From contig NC_135822.1 in assembly GCF_964213995.1 (NCBI RefSeq), forward strand, positions 17,608,001 through 17,672,000: a DNA stretch of 64,000 nucleotides, in the 5' to 3' direction. Position numbers and translations under genes: made by a program. Origin of the DNA: Mustelus asterias (lineage: Eukaryota). Below, piece by piece: positions 25,301 through 35,484 of the stretch (positions are counted from its first letter, which is position 1; every line of letters begins with the position of its first letter). Below the pieces are notes generated by a model. That model saw only the letters and a program-made list of their open reading frames with translations. It did not search any database and was not told where the DNA came from.

Positions 25301-26919
25301 TTTATATTAGAGTACTGATCCTCTGGCTCCCTGTCTGATTTTATATTACAGTACTGATCTTCTGGCTCCCTGTCTGATTTTATATTACAGTACTGATGTT
25401 CTGGCTCCCTGTCTGATTTTATATTACAGTACTGATGTTCTGGCTCCCTGTCTGATTTTATATTACAGTACTGATCTTCTGGCTCCCTGTCAGATTTTAT
25501 ATTACAGTACTGATGTTCTGTCTCCCTGTCTGATTTTATATTACAGTACTGATGTTCTGGCTCCCTGTCTGATTTTATATTACAGTACTGATCTTCTGGC
25601 TCCCCGTCTGATTTTATATTACAGTACTGATGTTCTGGCTCCCCGTCTGATTTTATATTACAGTACTGATGTTCTGGCTCCCCGTCTGATTTTATATTAC
25701 AGTACTGATGTTCTGGCTCCCTGTCTGATTTTATATTACAGTACTGATGTTCTGGATCCCTGTCTGATTTTATATTACAGTACTGATGTTCTGGCTCCCT
25801 GTCTGATTTTATATTACAGTACTGATCTTCTGGCTGCCTGTCTGATTTTATATTACAGTACTGATGTTCTGGCTCCCCGTCTGATTTTATATTACAGTAC
25901 TGATGTTCTGGATCCCTGTCTGATTTTATATTACAGTACTGATGTTCTGGCTCCCTGTCTGATTTTATATTACAGTACTGATCTTCTGGCTGCCTGTCTG
26001 ATTTTATATTACAGTACTGATCTTCTGGCTGCCTGTCTGATTTTATATTACAGTACTGATGTTCTGGCTCCCCGTCTGATTTTATATTGCAGTACTGATG
26101 TTCTGGCTCCCTGTCTGATTTTATATTACAGTACTGATGTTCTGGATCCCTGTCTGATTTTATATTACAGTACTGATGTTCTGGCTCCCTGTCTGATTTT
26201 ATATTACAGTACTAATGTTCTGGATCCCTGTCTGATTTTATATTACAGTACTGATGTTCTGGATCCCCGTCTGATTTTATATTACAGTACTAATGTTCTG
26301 GATCCCTGTCTGATTTTATATTACAGTACTGATGTTCTGGATCCCTGTCTGATTTTATATTACAGTACTGATGTTCTGGCTCCCTGTCTGATTTTATATT
26401 ACAGTACTGATGTTCTGGGTCCCAGTCTGATTTTATATTACAGTACTGATCTTCTGGCTCCCTGTCTGATTTTATATTACAGTACTGATGTTCTGGGTCC
26501 CAGTCTGATTTTATATTACAGTACTGATGTTCTGGGTCCCAGTCTGATTTTATATTACAGTACTGATGTTCTGGATCCCTGTCTGATTTTATATTACAGT
26601 ACTGATGTTCTGGCTCCCTGTCTGATTTTATATTACAGTACTGATGTTCTGGGTCCCAGTCTGAGTCACTTGTGACAGCTGAGTTACTTGGCCCTGATGT
26701 GCAGCTGGCAGTTATAACACTATTTGTGCACACTAATTCTTCACACAAAATTAATGTGTGTATATATTTTTTAAACTTCTCGTTTTTGTAAAATGACTGT
26801 CCCACCTCAGCATATATTGATATTCGGCGACTCTGGCTGATTTACCTGTGGAAGGTGAGCTCCTTATTTTTGCTGCTGTACCTGTTGGTACAGTTATAGG
26901 CAGCGCACGACTTGGGCAT
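13036..26919 (-). CDS. THAP3: THAP domain-containing protein 3, join(26919-26846, 22342-22150, 17744-17664, 13356-13036), ~222 aa
   Basis: Assembled exons give MPKSCAAYNCTNRYSSKNKELTFHRFPFSKPDLLKQW...HTVICSEHFKPECF...RKNLKHNAVPTVF (C2CH THAP finger + AVPTxF box), a DHTY HCF-1-binding motif and a coiled coil; all junctions are GT-AG and phase-compatible; adjacent to PHF13 as in human. Confidence 0.92.
13665..14651 (+). mobile_element. solo-LTR-like element (TG...CA)
   Basis: Starts TGTGATGATACTGTGCCTTTAAGAAATG, ends ...CCCTTAACA; flanks CATT/CATC; related inverted copies at 57472 and 61209. Confidence 0.65.
15576..15900 (+). mobile_element. tRNA-headed SINE of a different family
   Basis: A-box TGGTGCAGTGGG and B-box GGTTCAAGTCC head; body differs from HE1. 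Confidence 0.55.
16052..17014 (-). mobile_element. young 5'-truncated CR1 LINE with open RT C-terminal frame
   Basis: ORF 16127-17092 includes YINDLEEG..SKFADDTK...[13 protein letters not shown]; (TTCTTTG)n tail. Confidence 0.92.
17190..17550 (-). mobile_element. Deu-domain SINE (SacSINE1/AmnSINE-like), degenerate
   Basis: GTGCAGCATTCTCCCTGAAGCAGTGGGGAGTCAGCTTGGATT segment; similar copies at 35525-35950, 39550-39900 and around 30600-31710. Confidence 0.6.
17664..17744 (-). CDS. THAP3: THAP3 coding exon 3
   Basis: TTGTTATTGCAG|CAG acceptor, ACG|GTAAGT donor, 81 nt, phase 0-0, QRHRARKKLKMATDIITPEVTEEKVET. Confidence 0.75.
18494..18532 (-). ncRNA. minimal type I hammerhead ribozyme motif (PLE terminus), degenerate
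   Basis: CCAC-CTGACGA-AGGAACAG-C-CTGTTCT-GAAA-GCCA-GTGG. Confidence 0.6.
21811..21849 (+). ncRNA. minimal type I hammerhead ribozyme motif (PLE terminus)
   Basis: CCAC-CTGACGA-AGGAACAG-C-CTGTTCC-GAAA-ACTA-GTGG. Confidence 0.65.
22150..22342 (-). CDS. THAP3: THAP3 coding exon 2 (THAP domain)
   Basis: CTCAG|G TTT acceptor, AAG|GTAAAG donor, 193 nt; FPFSKPDLLKQWMNNVGRAEFKPNQHTVICSEHFKPECFNTWGNRKNLKHNAVPTVFRYSEIVK. Confidence 0.95.
23570..23875 (-). mobile_element. HE1/V-SINE-type SINE (tail B)
   Basis: Family sequence, reverse orientation. Confidence 0.85.
23955..24012 (+). mobile_element. ~58-bp Penelope extreme-terminus insertion
   Basis: CTTACTGTGTTTACCCCAGTCCAACGCCGGCATCTCCACATCA flanked by the 12-bp TSD TGATTTACCTGT. 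Confidence 0.75.
24140..24365. mobile_element. old palindromic PLE-terminus-derived element
   Basis: CTGTGGAGAGAGAAACA (~24219) versus TGTTTCTCTCTCCACAG (~24306); same family as 8961-9095. Confidence 0.55.
24372..26662. repeat. 39-bp minisatellite, roughly 58 copies, in THAP3 intron 1
   Basis: Unit TTACAGTACTGATGTTCTGGCTCCCTGTCTGATTTTATA. Confidence 0.97.
26846..26919 (-). CDS. THAP3: THAP3 first coding exon
   Basis: ATG at 26919; MPKSCAAYNCTNRYSSKNKELTFH(R); donor CACAG|GTAAAT; 74 nt. Confidence 0.95.
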
Positions 26920-27320
26920 GACCCAGCCCCGCTTCTGCCCCCCACAATAATGGCGGCCTGGCGGCAACAGCCGGCCCGCCGCGACCCCTCACCACAAAAT
27001 GGCGCCGTTGCTTGGCGGCACAGCCAACACATCCGACCAGCCGAGAAATACAGGCGGGTTTTAAAAAATCCCACACACTGCTCCCGAACCGGCCCCTCGC
27101 GCGTTTAACTTACGGAGGAAGATTTAATTCTACACACAAGTACAGACTACATATTTATATATAAAAATCTCGCAGGCGCGAGCCCTTTTACCGCAAACGC
27201 TGCTGGGATTTTTTTCCCGCGCGGGGGGGGGGGGGGGCGAGGAGTTCGCTCATGACGCATTCGTGCGTAAAGGAAACGTGATCACGCCATGCGTGATGAC
27301 GTCACATGGAGGTGCATTGG
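26920..27320 (-). promoter_or_regulatory. THAP3 CpG-rich promoter/5'UTR
   Basis: CpG-rich island next to the ATG; CRE TGACGTCA at 27297-27304, TGACGCA, YY1-like AAAATGGCGCC and AATGGCGGC, E2F-like TTTCCCGC. Confidence 0.75.
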
Positions 27321-27497
27321 CTTGGTGGCTGTTGGGCAAGAGTTGGATGGCCAATGTACCTTTTCTTGAGAGATTTTCTTTTTCCATCACCAGCCCTCAC
27401 TGTGGGGTGGCACCGTAGTTATCACCGCTGCCGCACAATGCCAGGGACCTGGGTGATTTGATTTGGTTTACTATTTTCACATTAACTTTTAAGCTTA

Positions 27498-27795
27498 AGT
27501 TTATTTATTAGTGTCACAAGTATGCTTACATTAACACTGCCAATGAAGTTACTGTGAAAATCCCCATGTCACCACATTCCAGTGCCTGTTCAGGTACACC
27601 AAGGGAGAATTTACCATTGTCAATGCACCTAACCAGCACGCCTTTCAGACTGTGGGAGGAAACCAGAGCACCCGGAGGACACCCACGCAGACACGGGGGA
27701 AAACGCGCAAACTCTGCACAGTGACCCAAGCCAGGGATCGGACCCAGATCCCTGGCGTTGTGAGGCAGCTGTGCTAACCACTGTGCCACCATGCT
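27498..27795 (-). mobile_element. HE1/V-SINE-type SINE (tail B)
   Basis: Family sequence, reverse orientation. Confidence 0.85.
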
Positions 27796-27799
27796 GCAA

Positions 27800-28218
27800 G
27801 GGGAGAAGGAAAGGAGAGGGTGCAGAATATGGTGTTGCAGTTACAGATAGGGTGAAGAGAAAGATCAGCTTAATAAGTGGTAGGTCCATTCAAAAGTCTG
27901 ACGGCAACAGGGAAGAAGCTGTTCTTGAGTGGATTGGTACATGACCTCAGACTTTAGTATCTTTTTCCCGAAGAAAGAAGGTGGAAGAGAGTATGTCCAA
28001 GGTGTGTGGGGTCCTTGATTATGCTGGCTGCTTTCCCGAGGCAGCGAGAAGTGTAGATGGAGTCAATGGATGTGAGGCTGGCTTGCATGATGGATTGTGT
28101 TATTTTCACAACCCTTTGTAGCTTCTTGGAGTCTTGGTCAGAGCAGGAGCCATACCAAGCTGTGATACATCTGGAAAGGATGTATCACATCTGTACATCT
28201 GTAAAAGTAGGTGAGAGT
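27800..28218 (-). mobile_element. LINE 3' fragment, probably Rex1/Babar clade
   Basis: Minus strand reads like an RT C-terminus (YCITAWYGSC..D.KKLQRVV...RLKNSFFP). Confidence 0.6.
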
Positions 28219-28299
28219 CAAATGACCAAAGTGCATTTTCTTGGAAGATTTTCTTTTTCAGTTGATTGATTTCCATCACCAGCCCTCATCTCCATCTAT

Positions 28300-28830
28300 C
28301 TCACTGCCCAATCGAGTATACATTATTTTCCTTCTTGAAGCCAGCTCCACACAAGCCAATCAGACAAAACTTCTACAAGATAAATTTGGATGGTCTGGAC
28401 TTTGTCTGGATGGTTGAGAAGTTTCTTACCAACCTGGTCTTGTTATTTATTTTAACCCTCAAATGGCCAACATTCCAGGGGAGGACAAACAAAACCTTGG
28501 AAAGGCACTTTGAAGTTCTACTTGAAGTATGACAGCATTGACAATAATGATTGCGACAAACTTGCTACCAATTGCTCAAAATGGCAACAACGTGTCCATC
28601 AAACTATATCATGCTTTGCATCACAACATTTTCATGATGAGGCAGAGCAGCAACAGAGAAGGAAAGAAAGGGAAGCAATTACTGCTCGCTGGATCCCACT
28701 GACTCATGGAACCTCCTGCCCAATGTACCCAAAGTTCTGTGGGTTTAGAATTGGCCTGTTCAGTCACATGTTAGAAACCCCATGGCCCAGCGTCAACGTC
28801 ATCCTGAATTAAGGCATAGCCAATGATGAA
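28300..28830 (+). mobile_element. RTE-clade LINE 3' fragment
   Basis: ORF 28510-28812 ends with the RTE-type C-terminal motif W...CP.....C.FRIGLFSH. Confidence 0.65.
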
Positions 28831-29204
28831 ATTATTTCCTACTCACCTTGCTGTCGAGAAGACTACATTGAAAAGTCCAAACACAGTTGGGTGATCATGA
28901 CAAAGGCCTCAAGTTATTCATTCCTCAAGCTTGAGCAAACTTCCCATTTTAATTATTTGTCCCACTTCCGTTCTGACCTCTTTATTCTTGGCATCCTACA
29001 CCATTCCAGTGAAGCTCACTGGAAGTTCAAAGAACAGCACCTCATCTTTCAATAAAGCACTTTGCAACCTTCCAGACTCAACACTGAATTCCACAATTTT
29101 AGTTTGTAACCATTGCTAATTTCTTTGCAGTTCTGACACTAGGTTGTCCACCTAAAATGTCAACTGTTTCCCTCTCCACCAGCCTGTCCACATGAAAGAC
29201 TGAT

Positions 29205-30327
29205 CTAGAAGGTGAGATCACAGGGGATTGGGAGTAGACAAGATTGAATTGAGGATTGGCGGACTGACGAAAACAGAGGGTCGGGATAAATGGATCCTTC
29301 CCTGGCTGGCGGAATGTAAGTAGTGGGGTGCTGCAGGGGTAAGTCCTCAGACCACAACTGTTTACAATTTAAATAAATGATCTTCAAGCAGGGACAGAGT
29401 GTAACATAGCAACATTTGTGAATGATACTAAAATAGGTGAGAAAGCAGGCAGTGAAGAGAATGTAAAGATTCTACAAAAAGATATAGATAGGCAAGGAGA
29501 ATGGGCCAAAATTTGGCAGATGGAGTTCAATGTGGGTAAATGTGAGGTTATCCATTTTGGCAGAGAAAATAGAAAGGCAGGCAAATTATCTAAATGGAAA
29601 GCAGATTCAAAATCCATCTGGGCAGAGGGGTGTCTACGTTCATGAATCGCAGAAAGTCAGTTTGCAGGTTCAGCATATATGCAAATGGAATGTTGGCATT
29701 TATTGCAAAAGGATTGGAGTATAAAAGTAGAGAAGTGTTGCTGCAATTGTATAGTCTATTGATGAGGCCACATCTGGAGTATTATGTCCAATTTTGATCT
29801 CCTTATTTAAGGAAGGATGTGATGGCATTGGAGGCAGTTCAGAGGAGGATCACTAGATTGATTCCAGGGATGAAAGGGTTGACATATGAGGAGAGATTAA
29901 ACAGTTTGGGCTTGTACTTGCTGGAGTTTAGAAGGATGAGAGGGAATCTGATCAAAGTATATAAAATTTTAAAAGGGATTGATAAAGTAAATGTAGACCA
30001 AATGTTTCCTCTTATGGGGCAATCTAGAACAAGAGGTCACAGGTATAGGTTGAGAGGCAGTAGATTTAAAATTTAGATTAAGAAGAATTACTTTTCACCG
30101 AGGGTGGTGAATTTGTGGAACTTGCTGTCCCATAGCGCGGTGGAGTCTGAATTGTTGAATGATTTCAAGAGGGAGATAGGCATATTTATAATAAAAAAAG
30201 GGAAAGAGGGATATGGAGGGAGGTGGATTTGAGACCAGCGAGAGATCAGCCATGATCTGATTGAATGGCAGAGCAGGCTCAAAGGGCTGAATTTGCCTAC
30301 TTCTGCTCCCAATTCCTATGTTCTTAT
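29205..30327 (+). mobile_element. degenerate CR1 LINE 3' fragment
   Basis: WQMEFNVGKCEVIHFG, RPHLEY and RRMRGNLIKVYKILKG in broken frames; CR1 tail. Confidence 0.9.
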
Positions 30328-30905
30328 ATTGGGTTTCCCTATTGCTCCCTTAGTTCCATTCCTACCTTTCACTAAGTGTACTCATTGAGAATCTGTTTGC
30401 CTGGACGGTCATCTCAGGCTGTCACTGGCTTCCCCTGTCACAACAATTTCAATTTCAAGATCCATATCCATCTTTAAATATGTCCATGGATTTGATCCAC
30501 TCATCTTCAACTTTATATCCCTACTTGACACCACCCACAACACTCGTTCTACACCTTGTACTAGTGCTTTAGTCGTTTTGGTGACCAATTATTGTAGAGC
30601 AAGGCTCCTCATGCTGTAATGAGATAAATGGATAGTTTGATGGTGTAAATTGAGGAATAAAATGGTCAGGTCATTGGGGTGAACTCCCTTGCTCTTCTAT
30701 GTTAAAAGGCTTTAATGTCCACCTGAATCAACAGATTGGGTGAGACTTTAACTGAGTTGCCAACAACAGCATCTCAAACAATGCAGCATTCCACCTGCAC
30801 TGGAGTATCAATGATGTGGAGATGCCGGCGTTGCACTGGGGTAAACACAGTAAGAAGTTTAGCAATACCAGGTTAAAGTCCAACAGGTTTATTTGGTAGC
30901 AAAAG

Positions 30906-30945
30906 CCACACAAGCTTACGGAGCTCCAAGCCCCTTCTTCAGGTG
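30906..30945 (-). ncRNA. hammerhead motif with GAAA->GTAA core substitution
   Basis: CAC-CTGAAGA-AGGGGCT-TGG-AGCTCC-GTAA-GCTT-GTG. Confidence 0.5.
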
Positions 30946-31541
30946 AGTGGGAATTCTGTTCACAAACAGGGCATATAAAGACACAGACTCAATTTACATG
31001 AATAATGGTTGGAATGCGAATACTTACAGCTAATCAAGTCTTTAAGATACAAACAACGTGAGTGGAGAGAGCATCAAGACAGGCTAAAAAGATGTATATT
31101 GTCTCCAGACAAGACAGCCAGTGAAACTCTGCAGGTCCAGGCAGGCTGTGGGGGTTACAGATAGTGTGACATGAACCCAATATCCCGGTTGAGGCTGTCC
31201 TCGTGTGTGCGGAACTTGGCTATCAGTTTCTGCGGCCTTCACGACGGCGCAGAGCAGAAACTGATAGCCAAGTTCCGCACACACGAGGACGGCCTCAACC
31301 GGGATATTGGGTTCATGTCACACTATTTGTAACCCCCACAGCCTGCCTGGACCTGCAGAGTTTCACTGGCTGTCTTGTCTGGAGACAATACACATCTTTT
31401 TAGCCTGTCTTGATGCTCTCTCCACTCACGTTGTTTGTATCTTAAAGACTTGATTAGCTGTAAGTATTCGCATTCCAACCATTATTCATGTAAATTGAGT
31501 CTGTGTCTTTATATGCCCTGTTTGTGAACAGAATTCCCACT

Positions 31542-31578
31542 CACCTGAAGAAGGGGCTTGGAGCTCCGAAAGCTTGTG
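31542..31578 (+). ncRNA. minimal type I hammerhead ribozyme motif
   Basis: CAC-CTGAAGA-AGGGGCT-TGG-AGCTCC-GAAA-GCTT-GTG. Confidence 0.7.
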
Positions 31579-33042
31579 TGGCTTTTGCTACCCAATAAAC
31601 CTGTTGGACTTTAACCTGGTATTGTTAAACTTCTTACTGGAGTATCAACCCAAGGGTGGAATGGCTCTTGAACCCATAATGATCTGCCTCAGGTGGGAGT
31701 CCTATTGACTGAGATAAAAAAAGAACTTTTTCCTTCAATCAGTTTATCAGCCCTACCATCAATTGCATTCTACCTGTTCCATTCTAATGATGCTATTTAT
31801 TCTCTGCTGTATGCAGCATTCTATGAATTAGGCTTTGGATGTTGAGCAATGGGGCCATTAACTGGGATCACTGGGTAGCAATAAAGAATAGCAATATAAT
31901 CTATTCAAATTATTCAGTCACAGCTAGGCAGGTTATGAAAATATCACAGTGCTACAGCAAGGGGGAATTGTTCTGTGGTTGGGGCTGCCTAAGTCTTATC
32001 TTTTTTTCTACATCAAACTGTTCCATACCTGACCTGGATCCTTGATGAGAAAGATAGCTCTCTGTATCAACCCATTCTGCACTTTTTCCACGTCTTCTAT
32101 TTCCTTTGCAAGGTGCAGAAGCCAAGGGGGGGGGGAAGTAAATTACAACAGGTTTGTTATTTAAAATACCAATAGTTAAATCTTTATTTACAAAATAACT
32201 TCCGATATACATGTACAAAGTTTCACAGAAACAAGGTTTTCTTTGTTCCACTTTAACGTTTCTTCCAAGGAGACAGTCCGACATTCCTGGCAACATCACT
32301 GGACACAGTTTCAGAGTCAGAGACTTGTTATATATCCATGATAATCTCATGCAGGTATTCCCATCAGGAGCAAGAGCAACACTCGTGCTTGAAATATCAC
32401 AATGCTGCTTTGCAAAATAGCATTCGCCCTCATTTTCAACAAAATAAGTTAAAAGTCAAGAGAATATGGTAGAGACAGAGACAGAGTTTTCAGCATGTAA
32501 TGAAGACCAGAGTACACCAATGTTTTAATTAGTGTTTTACATAGTGTGGGTATCCAGGGCCTTTTGGCGTTTAGGTTGACTGATGCTGGCTAAAGATTCT
32601 CTCCTCTTCTGAAGGGGTTAACTCTCCAGTTCCACAAGAAAGTCACCCTTCACTTGCTGATCCCAGCAGTTGTTCTTCACACATGTCTTGAAAGTGTGCC
32701 TCAGCCAACTAATTCACTGTGGTTAGCAAGTTGAGCCTGATTCTGTCCCCACCCAGTGTCCATGTGTGCACATATTCCCAGCAGATATTGACCAAGGGCG
32801 GGAATCCTGGCTGATTTCTAGTGGTAACTTGACACGCAAGCTAGGCTGCTGTACAGGAACCGTCTTGCCCACCCCACGCTTCTGTCTTTCTCCCTTCTCC
32901 CCTCCATCCATGTAGGATGTTTGAAGGGTTACTTTTAATCAACAAAAGGGAAGCCACCGGGAAAAATAGAGAAAAATCATTCCCTGACAGCAAGATTACA
33001 TTTCTATTATTTGAATTTGGGTCCGAGGCCAATTAACTCTTT

Positions 33043-33179
33043 GGGCGCGATCTTACCAGGCGTTCAGGCCAGATTTCCACTGCAGCGAAGTTGGAGAATT
33101 TGGCAGCCAGCCAAATCTCCGTTCCCTGCAGCGGGATGGGATAATCCCGCCAGAATGAATGGTGGTAAGATTCTGGCCC
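33043..33179. mobile_element. MITE with GGGC-starting TIRs (Harbinger-like)
   Basis: GGGCGCGATCTTACC ... GGTAAGATTCTGGCCC plus an internal palindrome. Confidence 0.6.
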
Positions 33180-35257
33180 TTGTGTTTGATGGTGGTGACA
33201 GGGATGCTGGTTGATTGTCAGACATCTTTTTAAGTGCTCGCTATGTCTTTAAATTGTCACCTAAAACCAATCGTTACAGAAGAGAAGAAAATAGTATATT
33301 GCTGGTTTGAGGTAACCTGGAACCTTGGTTAAAGGGGAAAAAATGCGGAAAGGGAGACAAGTGAAAGGCTTCTTATTCCATGTACTGAGTTCTTTCCTGT
33401 CACTGGAAACATCAGATTGAGCAGACCCAACTTGGCAAATATTTGTGGGATAAGACATTTGAGTAAAAATACATTAGCAATATTTTTATGGCAATATATA
33501 TTTTACAATATACAATGATGGAAGGTTGAACAAGGATACCTCCTCATCTCTCCCCCCACAACTTATTTTTATGGAAGGATTCAAAAGGATGAAGTCTCTC
33601 GATTAATGATGCACAAAGCTATAGTGTCTGTATCCATTCAAATGCTCAGTCACAGGTTGTGACTGAACCATACGGATCACCCACAAGAGGTTGTCTAAAT
33701 GAAACCACATCACCACTGAACACTTAACCTGCCACACAACAGGTCCGTTGAATGGGTGCGGCAACATCTTGGGAACCATAATCATGTTCCTTGCTGTCAA
33801 CATGTCCTCAATATCTTCATGTATCATGACGTGCAGAGTAAGGGATAGAAGATGGCAGAGGGGACGATGGTGATTTCCTTCTCCCCTCACCCAACTTTTG
33901 AGTTCAGATTACTGTCCTGAATTTATTGCACATGGTGCCAAGTTTGGACCAAATAAACTTAAACTAAGGGATAGGATTCTACGTCCCCCCTCCCCTCTCC
34001 CCAAACAAAAGAATCTGGACTGCTGCCTTTTTAGCAGAATTCTCTGTCCAGACCTTTTAAAAATTGATACAATGTTGAGTTTGTCATCTCCTCCCCTCGC
34101 GGCTCATAAAACAACTGTTCAGATGCATAGAAGAGGTTCAGAGTTAATTAATTGATCATTTAAAAGCCACAGTCCTGGCACTTAAGGATTTTGTTTCCTC
34201 CTTCTCACTGCAGTACTAAGTTTGGTTTTAAATACTGAATTTCAGGCATAGCAATTGTAAAGATCTCCTTGAGGAATAGTCAAAGAAAAATGGTAAATAA
34301 ATTGTTTGTGTAGCCCAAACCTTTTAATAGCAACCGTCAAACCCAAAAAATTAACCGAGAATGTTACCACACTTGCCCCATAGAATTTTAACCCTTTGTC
34401 AACTCGCCTCCTGCAGCTTCAGGAAAGAATATTTGGACTCGCTTGGGTTTTGACTGGTGCAAAATTTAAGAAAAGTCCAGTGGAAGCAAAAGGCATTAGT
34501 TACTCTCATTTTGACCAAAGTAAGTTTTGTCATGTTAAAACTGAAAATGTTGGCAATCCGAAATAAAATCAGAAAATGCTGGCAGTACACAGCAAGCTAG
34601 TCAGCACATGTAAAGAGAGAGAAGACAGGGGTATGTACCCCTTTGGTCAGAACTCATGAACAATAAAGTTTACTAATTCGGATATTGACAGATTGGTGGT
34701 GTATTTCCAGCATTATTTGGTTTTATTGTACATTAGGCCACTAGGTATTGATTATCGATTTTTCCCCTTCCCATTTCTTTTGCTAATGTTAATGCTTGAA
34801 GCCTTTGTCTATTGCACAGGGCCCTGTTTGTCTGCTTGCAGCTCCATTAGCAGCAAGCATTGTAGGGATTGCACAGAAAGGAAAGCGTGAGAGACCAGAC
34901 TGGCTACTACCGTCATCCTTGGAGACCTTGGTGGGTTAAGGCCTTTTCAGATGCAATGGACTAGGAGGAAGAGCCAAAGGACAGAAGGTAATCTCTCTTG
35001 TGCTGGTTTAGCCAGGGTGTGAAAACAAAAACTTAACCTGTCTTGATCTCTTGGACTGTGAGGACGAAAGGAGAGACAGAGAGTCAAAAAGCAGGCAACT
35101 CCTGTGCACATGGATGGAACTCTCCAAACAAGTGCATCATCAAACTATTTTGTTTTAAATGCAATTTTTTTTTTGTTGCCCCCGTTGCCATTTCAAAGTT
35201 CTCCTTTCTTTCCCCGGAACAAAACAAAACCAAGAAAGAAAGAAAGACTTGAACCCC

Positions 35258-35484
35258 TCAGTCGAGGAAGTGCTTTCTGCAGCCGGTTCGAGATCGGTTC
35301 GATCGTCGAATGTCGAATTTGGAGTCTCGACACCTTTGACAGACATACACCTCCGGGACATTGGACTTGCGGATTTTGGCACAGGACAAATGGATCCAGG
35401 TACCACACTCGTTGCATTCAATCATTGGCCTGCCAGCAAAGGGCTTCATGCAGTAACACGTCACCAGGTCCCAGGAATCATCAT
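35258..35484 (-). CDS. PHF13: PHF13 last coding exon (PHD finger)
   Basis: CTTCTCCAACAG|AT acceptor; C4HC3 PHD finger; stop at 35258. Confidence 0.95.

Larger units (their letters stand above)
30812..31635. mobile_element. near-perfect palindrome of Penelope 3' ends (arms ~390 bp, 20-bp spacer)
   Basis: Arms ~30850-31233 and 31254-31635 are reverse complements; 13-bp TSD ACTGGAGTATCAA at 30799-30811 and 31636-31648. Confidence 0.93.

Noticed and set aside
24372-26662. CRISPR-like periodic array
   Set aside because: No unique spacers; eukaryotic tandem repeat
26290-26805. 171-aa ORF with DREPEHQYCNIKS repeats
   Set aside because: Translation of the 39-bp intronic minisatellite; no splice support
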